Shown piece by piece: positions 14,419 to 21,654 of a stretch of DNA of 24,000 nucleotides. The notes beneath the pieces were generated by a model. The model was not told the DNA's origin. It searched no databases and worked only from the letters and a program-made list of their open reading frames with translations. Each line of letters starts with the position of its first letter. Positions within the stretch are counted from its first letter, which is position 1. The position numbers were made by a program, and so were the translations under genes. This DNA is from Thermoplasmata archaeon (GTDB lineage Archaea; Thermoplasmatota; Thermoplasmata; GCA-020350865). The stretch lies in contig CP070751.1 in assembly GCA_020348445.1 (NCBI GenBank), positions 2,551,447 through 2,575,446 on the forward strand. Direction: 5' to 3'.

Positions 14419-15654
14419 CTAGCCCTCCATCTCAATAATGAACTCAGCTTGTTCTCGCTTCAGTTTGCCGTTTTCATCGACAGATGTGTATGTGGCTCTG
14501 AGTATATCACGATTTTGGATTGGTAGATCAGACAATCTACTTCCCATGATGTCTTGGCCGGGAGCTGCGATCACTGATCCATCTATGATCTTGGTGATCA
14601 AGACCGTCTCTTTCAAATCCACTCCTTCTTTTTTAAGCGATGATAACATATCAGCAAAAGTAGAATCACTCTTCATTTTAAGGCTCAATTTCACCCTTTC
14701 CTTTCCGCATACAGCACAATTCTCATCCTTGGAGATTTCCACAGGGGTGAATATCCCGTAAGAAGAGCTATATTCAAGATATGAGGGTGACATTATCTCA
14801 CCAATATTAAGGCCCGAAAGGCGGTGAAGGATTTTCAGCACCTCATGGGAGACTATAGCCGATATGACCGCATTGACAGTCAATATGGAAGGGATTTTGT
14901 TCTCTATTATATTCTCCACCTCATGGGGCATGAATTCTTCGGCCTTCGTATGCGGGGATTCCTTTGAAAGCCTGGATGCGATTTTCGCAATCATATCAAG
15001 TTCCTTGTCTGAATATTCTTTATGAATACCATGCTCTTTTACGAACTCGTCCTCAGCCTTGAGTATACACTGCTCCCGGCTTCGGGGTTCGCCTGGGATA
15101 GAACAAGCAACGTACACCTTTTCATCTGCTGGAGGTATGGGAAAGAAGCATCGAAGACAGGGAGTTGCATCTTTTAAGAGAGGATCACCTTCCGGGATTA
15201 TCACCTGGACATTTCCCTTGAAACCAGTTGCAGCTCCATCAACATATGGCTTGCACAATTCATGTGCCAACCTGTTTAAAGCGAACCTTGCGGAAAAAGA
15301 GTCCAGGCCTCCTGCAATGAGATCCACACCCTCGAATACACTCATTGGTAAATCTTGAAATTTTTGGGTATAGGTTTCGATACTAACATCCGGATTTAGA
15401 ATCTTCAGTTTTTCTTTGGCTACCTCAGCTTTGAGTCTGCCTCTATCATTGTCAGTAAAAAGCATCTGCCTCGAAAGGTTCGAGGTCTCGATAGTATCCA
15501 TGTCTATCAAAATTAGATTCCCAACACCCACTAAAGCAAGGTTCTTTGCAATCTCACAACCCAATGCCCCTATACCAACGATTAGCACATGGGAAGAAGA
15601 AATGACGTCTTGGTCCCAACCCTCAAGGGAAAGATGTCTGGCATACCTTGCCAT
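14419..15654 (-). CDS. Ubiquitin-activating enzyme E1 (compact ThiF/MoeB-fold adenylation domain with catalytic-Cys insertion and C-terminal UFD-like domain)
   Basis: RYARHLSL...VLIVGIGALGCEIAKNL (GxGxxG), TSNLSRQ and DSFSAR adenylation motifs. Two CxxC pairs (CLRC, CAVC). Catalytic segment VACSIPGEPRSREQCI resembles the eukaryotic UBA3-type PMCTIASMPRLPEHCI (Cys codon 15103-15105). The last ~90 aa are beta-grasp-like. I prefer the start at MARYARH (15654), 10 nt after the Ubl stop. The ORF-track start at 15741 would overlap the Ubl gene by 77 nt. Confidence 0.85.
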   Translation of the reverse strand: MARYARHLSLEGWDQDVISSSHVLIVGIGALGCEIAKNLALVGVGNLILIDMDTIETSNLSRQMLFTDNDRGRLKAEVAKEKLKILNPDVSIETYTQKFQDLPMSVFEGVDLIAGGLDSFSARFALNRLAHELCKPYVDGAATGFKGNVQVIIPEGDPLLKDATPCLRCFFPIPPADEKVYVACSIPGEPRSREQCILKAEDEFVKEHGIHKEYSDKELDMIAKIASRLSKESPHTKAEEFMPHEVENIIENKIPSILTVNAVISAIVSHEVLKILHRLSGLNIGEIMSPSYLEYSSSYGIFTPVEISKDENCAVCGKERVKLSLKMKSDSTFADMLSSLKKEGVDLKETVLITKIIDGSVIAAPGQDIMGSRLSDLPIQNRDILRATYTSVDENGKLKREQAEFIIEMEG

Positions 15655-15664
15655 ATCTTTTTTA

Positions 15665-15940
15665 TCACTGGAAAATCCAACCACCCGCTTGTTGAGTAAT
15701 GATGGTAATGGTATCCTTTTCAGGTTTGTGGCCCAGATCATTCAACTTCTTTGAAAACACATCATTATCGGAAATGGGCTGGCCCTTATAGATTAGCTGA
15801 ATCACCAAAGCCTGGTGAATCTTATAGGCATTTCTTAGGAGGTTCTTTGTGTCCTTGCATGATGCTTCCTTCGGCACGTTTACAGATTTCGTGCCCTGGT
15901 TTGGCGGCAAACCCATCATCCTAAACTTGTATCTTGGCAT
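15665..15940 (-). CDS. Ubiquitin-like beta-grasp modifier precursor (C-terminal GG followed by the 4-residue propeptide WIFQ)
   Basis: 91 aa. ...LIYKGQPISDNDVFSKKLNDLGHKPEKDTITIITQQAGG-WIFQ parallels ubiquitin [34 protein letters not shown]. GG codons at 15680-15685. AGGTGA Shine-Dalgarno element at 15945-15950, 4 nt before the ATG. First gene of the cassette. Confidence 0.75.
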   Translation of the reverse strand: MPRYKFRMMGLPPNQGTKSVNVPKEASCKDTKNLLRNAYKIHQALVIQLIYKGQPISDNDVFSKKLNDLGHKPEKDTITIITQQAGGWIFQ

Positions 15941-15944
15941 GGTC

Positions 15945-15950
15945 TCACCT
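15945..15950 (-). promoter_or_regulatory. Shine-Dalgarno-like element for the Ubl gene
   Basis: The minus strand reads AGGTGAgaccATG. The 134-nt AT-rich gap upstream (15941-16074) contains TATA-like TTTTATA (around 16051-16058) and TTAATCTATCATTAT (around 15962-15980). Confidence 0.4.
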
Positions 15951-16074
15951 TGATGTTGAATGGGGATAATGATAGATTAAGGTGTCGGTTGGGTGTTTTT
16001 CCCACCTATCTATTATTCTTTGGATGAGGATAAAACCGATATCTGATCGTATAAAATAAGCGGTTCTTTTGCCT

Positions 16075-16794
16075 TTAGAACTCAGTTTTCTCAGTAATAA
16101 CCCTTGTTACCTGAAACTCTCCATCACCATAAAGCAGGGTGTAATAATCTGGACTGTGGTTGGTACTCCTCATCTTAACGCATCTAATTCTTCTTTGTAT
16201 TGTAACGCCGTCCACGTTCTCCATTGTCAGGTGGATTATACCATCAGCCAGAAAATCCTCGCCGTATTTCCCGAAGTCCCTTGCACTCTGACTCATTTCT
16301 GAGATTAGGATTGTGGTTGAGTCCAGTTCCTTTAGCCATTCAAAGAGGTGGAAAAGGTCGTTTCTCGGCTCCGCAAAGTTCGCCAAAAGCTCCAAAACGG
16401 GTAAGGTGTCTAGGACCAATATATCGTAATCCATGTTCTTTTTGAGATTCTGGGCGTACATCTTGAATATTTGAGCCCAGGTCTGCTGTCCCAGTTTATC
16501 CAGATTCTTCCTAATCAGCGATAGATCCACCAAACTGATATTATCCTTCACCTCGTTGAAATTTAGTCCCATGGTTGCTATGTGATCCAGAAGACCCTCT
16601 CTGCTTTGCTCTAAAGTTATGTATGCACCTTTTAAGTTGTTCATTTGAGCGTTTTTGAATATTATGTAAAACGCTACCGAGGATTTCATGGTGCCAGGTT
16701 CACCCAAAATGAGAATATTGTGGCCCCGTGGAATCCCGCCATTCATCTTTTCATCAAATCCCTCAATATAGGTCTTGATACGCTCTTGCACCAT
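16075..16794 (-). CDS. Single-domain KaiC/RadA-like (RecA-superfamily) ATPase with an atypical Walker A
   Basis: IPRGHNILILGEPGTMKSSVA (Walker A with Met where the GK[ST] glycine is expected; codons 16681-16704), Walker B DILVLDTL, and a KaiC-like C-terminal beta-rich region. Lies directly upstream of the Ubl cassette on the same strand. Confidence 0.75.
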   Translation of the reverse strand: MVQERIKTYIEGFDEKMNGGIPRGHNILILGEPGTMKSSVAFYIIFKNAQMNNLKGAYITLEQSREGLLDHIATMGLNFNEVKDNISLVDLSLIRKNLDKLGQQTWAQIFKMYAQNLKKNMDYDILVLDTLPVLELLANFAEPRNDLFHLFEWLKELDSTTILISEMSQSARDFGKYGEDFLADGIIHLTMENVDGVTIQRRIRCVKMRSTNHSPDYYTLLYGDGEFQVTRVITEKTEF

Positions 16795-16866
16795 AGAGAA
16801 TCACCCGCGAGGTCGGTAAATTAGATAATAGCTTATAAAATTTATGCAAAAAGAATCAAATAGTAA

Positions 16867-16979
16867 AAGGAGGGGGGGATTCGAGCCGTCGTAGGTGACC
16901 TTTGCTCAATGATACTGTTATGTGGCCTCCTACTGGTTCGAATCTCCATCAATTTAACGTTGCTTTTAATCCTCAGCTC
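16867..16979 (-). pseudogene. Decayed tRNA-Ser-like copy immediately downstream of tRNA-Ser
   Basis: On the minus strand it starts with GCTGAGG (plus 16971-16977, identical to the tRNA-Ser acceptor 5' strand). It ends CGACGGCTCGAATCCCCCCCTCC, versus CGCGGGAGTTCGAATCTCCTCCTC in the real gene. No intact D or anticodon arm; the T-stem cannot pair. Confidence 0.4.
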
Positions 16980-17000
16980 TACTTGAATAAAAATGAAAAA

Positions 17001-17116
17001 CGCTGAGGAGGAGATTCGAACTCCCGCGGTGCAGAGCACCACCGGCTATCAGGGTCTTTTTCGTTTCGTTTGAACTCTCAAGGCCGGCGCCGTAAGCCTG
17101 GCTTAGCTACCTCAGC
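17001..17116 (-). tRNA. tRNA-Ser (anticodon UGA) with a 29-nt intron at position 37/38
   Basis: Reverse complement: GCTGAGG TA GCTAAGCCAGGCTTACGGC G CCGGC CTTGAG[intron AGTTCAAACGAAACGAAAAAGACCCTGAT]A GCCGG T GGTGC TCT GCACC GC GGGAG TTCGAAT CTCCT CCTCAGC G. Perfect acceptor stem, 5-bp variable-arm stem, discriminator G73. Mature length 87 nt. Confidence 0.8.
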
Positions 17117-17183
17117 ATTAAGCGAATCTCAGTCTGGGGGAGATAAGCCCAGGGCAAGTGGGGGCCAAAGGCCACCACGGGGA

Positions 17184-17206
17184 CCTGGCTTAGCTACCTC
17201 AGCATT
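17184..17206 (-). repeat. Exact 23-nt second copy of the tRNA-Ser 5' leader, acceptor strand and D-arm start
   Basis: cctggcttagctacctcagcatt at 17184-17206 is 23/23 identical to 17097-17119, offset by 87 nt. The sequence between the copies is GC-rich and self-complementary (for example GTGGGGGCCAAAGGCCACCAC at 17158-17178). Confidence 0.6.
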
Positions 17207-17304
17207 CCTGTGCACTTTCAGCCATATATGGTGGATTGTTATCAAGTTTTCGTTTTTGAAGGAGAGAACCAAAAAACATATTTTCTTAAGGAAGGATTAA
17301 AATA

Positions 17305-18951
17305 TCATTCTCTATTTCTATGAACCATTAATTTCTCAACATCCAACTCGAATGCAGAAATGGGACTCGACAGATCAAAATTAGTAATGACCTGTGGGTG
17401 CAATTCACCGAAAAATCCCAAGGTCTCATCCCCAATTTCAACAGATGCACATCTTCCTTCTATGTAACTACCCCTATAAAGCGGATTAATGGTGTAAGGA
17501 ATCCCCAAAGGCCTTAATATCCCCTCAACAAGGGATTTCACCTCAGTAAAACTGGCCTTTGGGTGTATTGAGACACCGGCCAGCTTGTACACATTATGTT
17601 CTTCTGGGACAGTTATTCCAACTTCAAAAATTTTTTGAGGAAGATCCCTGTGTCTATTGGCCTGTAGAGTTCGTAGGAGGCTAGGAAGCAAGGAAACCCT
17701 AAGGCAGCTGTGTTCCTCTGTTAGAGGGTCGTTGGCCAGGGCAACATCAATTGGCTCTACTCCCATTTTTTCGAACTGCTCCTTTATACTAGAGAGGGTG
17801 AGGGTCAGCACCTCGAAGAATCCATAGCCCACCATTATCATCCTCAATTTCCTACAAAATTCGATTATCTCCATGGGCCTTCCAAATGTCATAGCCGAGG
17901 GCAGCTCAGGCTCAAATTTCATGTAGCCATAACTAATGGCGATATCCTCCACCAAGTCGATAGGATGTAGAATATCACCCCTGTATGCTGGTACAAGGGT
18001 AGTTATTATATCACCTTTTTTCTCTGCACCAAAGCGCATCTTTTCAAGATGTGAGGCCGCTTCATCCACAGAAATATTAATGCCCAGCATAGAATTGACA
18101 TATCCCAAATCAAGGTCCATTTTCTCTGGTTCTAAGTTTGGGGTATTGATGCTCTCATCCTGATAAACAACCTCAACCTTCTCAATTTTTCCTCCCCGTT
18201 CAGCCAGTGCAGTTGCTATTATGTTCAATGCCTGGTTTACTGCATTCATGTCGGTGCCTGTTAGGTCTAAGAAGATATCCTTTGTGTCTTCGGTCACTGT
18301 AGTCAGAGTGCCATTGATTATGGGTGGAAATGAAAGGACCTCGTTGTTAGAATCTAGGATTATGGGATAGCGAGCAAAACCCTCCAATGTCCAGGCATAG
18401 TCCCGGCCTTTTTCGTGTTTTCTCAGAATCTCCTCCAAATCCATGGTCTCATTCTTTCCGAGGGGTACGAACTGGATGCTCTCAGGATCAACAGCCTTAT
18501 AGGTGAATGGCGGGGTGATATCCCGATAGTCGTGGACCCCTATTGCCATCTTGGCTCTCTTTCTTCCCAAAGTGAGGTGCAGTTTCTCCTGCATATCCAT
18601 TAAGGATGTAATAAAAAAGTCTGTCATGGTTACGTCGCGAACAAGGCCGCTTACAATATAGGGTCTCACCTCATTTACAGTTGGATCAACTATGAGCTTG
18701 ACATCAGACTCACCAATTGGATACTTCTTGAGTCCGGTCTCTAGTTCCAGATATCCTCTTAATGCTCTGGCCACTCCTTCCACAGAATATAAATCTGGCC
18801 TGTCAGGAAAGAATTCGATATCCATCTGCGTGTAATCTATCCTCCCAATATCGGCACCCATCATCGGGATGATTTCCTGGAGCTTCTCCATCTCGATTTT
18901 GGTGCCGAGAAGGTCTATTAGATCGTCGTATTCGATGGATATCACTGGCAT
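17305..18951 (-). CDS. pheT: Phenylalanine--tRNA ligase beta subunit (archaeal/eukaryal type)
   Basis: MPVISIEYDDLIDLLG N-terminus and B3/4 plus B5 domain pattern (RPDLYSVEGVARALRG). At 548 aa it has the typical length of archaeal PheT. Confidence 0.9.
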   Translation of the reverse strand: MPVISIEYDDLIDLLGTKIEMEKLQEIIPMMGADIGRIDYTQMDIEFFPDRPDLYSVEGVARALRGYLELETGLKKYPIGESDVKLIVDPTVNEVRPYIVSGLVRDVTMTDFFITSLMDMQEKLHLTLGRKRAKMAIGVHDYRDITPPFTYKAVDPESIQFVPLGKNETMDLEEILRKHEKGRDYAWTLEGFARYPIILDSNNEVLSFPPIINGTLTTVTEDTKDIFLDLTGTDMNAVNQALNIIATALAERGGKIEKVEVVYQDESINTPNLEPEKMDLDLGYVNSMLGINISVDEAASHLEKMRFGAEKKGDIITTLVPAYRGDILHPIDLVEDIAISYGYMKFEPELPSAMTFGRPMEIIEFCRKLRMIMVGYGFFEVLTLTLSSIKEQFEKMGVEPIDVALANDPLTEEHSCLRVSLLPSLLRTLQANRHRDLPQKIFEVGITVPEEHNVYKLAGVSIHPKASFTEVKSLVEGILRPLGIPYTINPLYRGSYIEGRCASVEIGDETLGFFGELHPQVITNFDLSSPISAFELDVEKLMVHRNRE

Positions 18952-19082
18952 TAATATCGGATAAGGAAAAGGCTTGATGGTATATTTTTGTTTTGATTAA
19001 GGGCTTTAATCTTCAGAAACAAGGGAATAACTCCTCATTCCCCCAATTTTTAAATATTTTAAATGTGTTAATCATATAGGTC

Positions 19083-19110
19083 TTATAAAACCCAAACTCT
19101 ACGGGGAGGT
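19083..19110 (+). promoter_or_regulatory. TATA-like box plus Shine-Dalgarno element for the 19117 surface-protein gene
   Basis: TTATAAAA at 19083-19090 and GGAGGT at 19105-19110, the latter 6 nt upstream of the ATG at 19117. Confidence 0.4.
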
Positions 19111-19116
19111 AATTCT

Positions 19117-21654
19117 ATGGGACGGATAGGTAAGAAATTATATGGTACACAAGATATCAAGCAAGCAAATAATAATTTTCAAATATGGATTGTAATATTT
19201 TTGGTTGTATTAAGTTCAATATCCACTCATTGTTTAATAACAAAATCAAAAGCTGCCCCTATCATAATCGATGAGGACAGCAATGGATATTGGGAGGATT
19301 ATTTTGAGGATAACAAAGGGATCGAAACATGGGATAACATAGAACTGAATATGGGTGAGATTCGACTGATGGATATGTTATATGAGAATTTTACAGGACC
19401 TACCGGAACATACCCTGATGATAAAAAATGGGATATCATCCATCAAGGTGGAACTTTTGAAATAAACAATAACCGCATGAGATCCTCTGATTCCCCTCCC
19501 TATGGAACCTGGCACAATATGAAGGTCCAGACAAAATCGGATTTTAAACTGCCACACACCCTCACATGGAGGCAGCAGCTTCAGACCGTTGGAGGTGGTA
19601 TGTATTATCATTTCCGCGTTCAAAATGCATCAAGTGGTAATTCATTGTTGGGTATCTATCAGAATTATTTGGGAAATTACGGAGTTTATAATTACTATAC
19701 CTCAAGTGGAACTTCGATGGGTTCTTCAGTCTCTGGCTGGCACGATTACAAGGTTACCTTCAATGGTGGTTATTTAGAAATTTATATGGATGATGTATTA
19801 AAATTTTCTTATGACTATTTTGATGTGCAATCGGTTAGGTATCAAATCGGTATGGATATACTAGATCCAGCCTCTGCAACAATTTATACTGATGATATTC
19901 AAATCACTTCAGGTATCACATCTGGCAATCTAACCTCCACAGAAATCGTAATCCCAAAGGATCAGACATGGGAATCCTTGGAGGTCGATAAACTGGAACC
20001 GGTAAATGGAAATACTATTAATGTGTCGGTTCTTGATGGCATTACCTTCCTTGCAATTCCGGGATTTGATAATCTCAATGCATCTACTATTAATTTATCC
20101 TCAATTGACCCGACAACCTATCCCACCATACGGTTAAAAGCCCATTTTACAGGATACGACAATCGCACACCAGTTCTTTATGGGTGGAAGGTTACATGGG
20201 CCGATACCATAGCGCCCTCGCCTCCTTCAGGTTTGACTGTAAATGATCCTTATTCTGGTGATTCACTTAATATCAGTTGGGACCCCAACCCGGAGCCTGA
20301 TGTTGTATATTATTATTTGGATTACAGCACCGACAATGTTACATTTTATAGACTTGCCAATATCGATAAGAACACATTCTCATTCATTCATTCAAACCTC
20401 TTAACCGGAATTGAATACTATTACAAAATTGCAGCTGTAGATGAGATACCGAATCAGTCACCGTTTTCAGAGGTGAAGAGCACCATCTTAGACATCGATT
20501 CAGATGGGGATGGTATTGGCAATAGAATCGATGACGATATCGATGGCGATACAGTACCAAATTCCATTGATGAATACCCTTATAACGAAAATGAGTGGAT
20601 TGACTCGGATGGTGACGGTATCGCTGACAATGCAGATTTGGACGATGACAATGACAGTTATGATGATACCATCGATGATTTTCCATTCAATTCAAGTGAA
20701 TGGAAGGATACTGATTGCGATGGTATAGGAAATAACGCTGATCTCGATGATGATAACGATGGAATCCCTGATATCTCTGATATGTATCCCTTCAATGATG
20801 CAAATGATATTGAGGAGAGAATCGATGATCTTTCAGCAGAACTTACCAGCGTAAATGACTCCCTTTTTAATAGGATATCTGAGACCGAAATCAACATATT
20901 GAATAGGTTGGATAACCTCAACTGGAGCCCTATACTGAACTATATCGAAGGGATGAATGATTCTTTATCTTCAGAGATCCAGGATATACTGAACAGTATA
21001 ACAGATGACGTAATCGAATTGAACTCTTCTCTTTCAGATGAATTAACTATGCTCCTTGACAGTCTGAAAAACGATAACGATGCTTTAAGAGCATGGCTTG
21101 AATTGGTAACCAACGAATTGAACTCCCAGTTGACTGCTGCAAGCGATATCCTTTATAACCAATCGAATGAACTGGATGACTCTGATAATAATATTGAAAT
21201 AATCAACAACACCCTGGCGAATCTAACAAAGCTTGATAACATATTATCACAGCTTCTTGATCTTGACAGTGCATTGAAGGATGTTAACGATGATTTAAAG
21301 ACAAAGGCAGAGGATAAATCAAAAGAAGAGGAAATAGAGGATAGGATTCGATTATTGGAATTTTTCATTTTCATTGTGCTTTTATTATTGATCGTTAATT
21401 TAGTAGTGACATCTATCAGTTTATTAAGAAAGAAAATCCAAAAAGATACCAAGATTTCTGAGAGTTATAACAAAGTCGAACCTGAGCCTTTAGAGTCCTT
21501 TACCCTGGCATCAGAACCTGAGGAACCTAAAGAGATTATCAAGGAGAATAAAATCAAAGAAGAGGAACCTACACCACAAACACAATCTACACCCCCTTTT
21601 CCACCTCCCCCACCTCCTCCTCCACCACCTCCAAATGAAGAGGTGATAGAATGA
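19117..21654 (+). CDS. Large membrane-anchored surface protein: signal anchor, ConA/LamG-like beta-sandwich region, FN3, thrombospondin type-3-like Ca-binding repeats, N-glycosylation-sequon-rich coiled coil, TM, Pro-rich tail
   Basis: N-terminal TM IWIVIFLVVLSSIS. WHDYKVTFNGGYLEIYMDDV lectin-like strand pattern. FN3 at about 20212-20481. Repeats DSDGDGIGNRIDDDIDGD / DSDGDGIADNADLDDDND / DTDCDGIGNNADLDDDNDGIPD at 20482-20796. TM at 21361-21432. PPFP(x11) at 21592-21633. Confidence 0.7.
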   Translation: MGRIGKKLYGTQDIKQANNNFQIWIVIFLVVLSSISTHCLITKSKAAPIIIDEDSNGYWEDYFEDNKGIETWDNIELNMGEIRLMDMLYENFTGPTGTYPDDKKWDIIHQGGTFEINNNRMRSSDSPPYGTWHNMKVQTKSDFKLPHTLTWRQQLQTVGGGMYYHFRVQNASSGNSLLGIYQNYLGNYGVYNYYTSSGTSMGSSVSGWHDYKVTFNGGYLEIYMDDVLKFSYDYFDVQSVRYQIGMDILDPASATIYTDDIQITSGITSGNLTSTEIVIPKDQTWESLEVDKLEPVNGNTINVSVLDGITFLAIPGFDNLNASTINLSSIDPTTYPTIRLKAHFTGYDNRTPVLYGWKVTWADTIAPSPPSGLTVNDPYSGDSLNISWDPNPEPDVVYYYLDYSTDNVTFYRLANIDKNTFSFIHSNLLTGIEYYYKIAAVDEIPNQSPFSEVKSTILDIDSDGDGIGNRIDDDIDGDTVPNSIDEYPYNENEWIDSDGDGIADNADLDDDNDSYDDTIDDFPFNSSEWKDTDCDGIGNNADLDDDNDGIPDISDMYPFNDANDIEERIDDLSAELTSVNDSLFNRISETEINILNRLDNLNWSPILNYIEGMNDSLSSEIQDILNSITDDVIELNSSLSDELTMLLDSLKNDNDALRAWLELVTNELNSQLTAASDILYNQSNELDDSDNNIEIINNTLANLTKLDNILSQLLDLDSALKDVNDDLKTKAEDKSKEEEIEDRIRLLEFFIFIVLLLLIVNLVVTSISLLRKKIQKDTKISESYNKVEPEPLESFTLASEPEEPKEIIKENKIKEEEPTPQTQSTPPFPPPPPPPPPPPNEEVIE

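Noticed and set aside
15655-15741. Longer E1 N-terminus (MIWATNLKRIPLPSLLNKRVVGFSSDKKD) from the first ATG
   Set aside because: It would overlap the Ubl gene by 77 nt. The added residues precede the conserved RYxRH/Q start of ThiF-family domains. The internal ATG at 15654 gives a 10-nt intergenic gap. This is not excluded and is kept as an alternative.
17117-17206. A second complete tRNA-Ser isoacceptor upstream of tRNA-Ser
   Set aside because: It begins exactly like tRNA-Ser and spans about 87 nt. However, it has no 3' acceptor strand (CCTCAGC), no T-loop and no 7-nt anticodon loop, so it cannot fold as a stand-alone tRNA.
17070-17300. 76-aa plus-strand ORF with a repeated PGLATSA peptide
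   Set aside because: The peptide repeat is simply the antisense reading of the duplicated tRNA-Ser 5' segment. The ORF lies over the tRNA gene and its GC-rich upstream spacer. The same reasoning applies to the minus-strand ORF 16842-17042.
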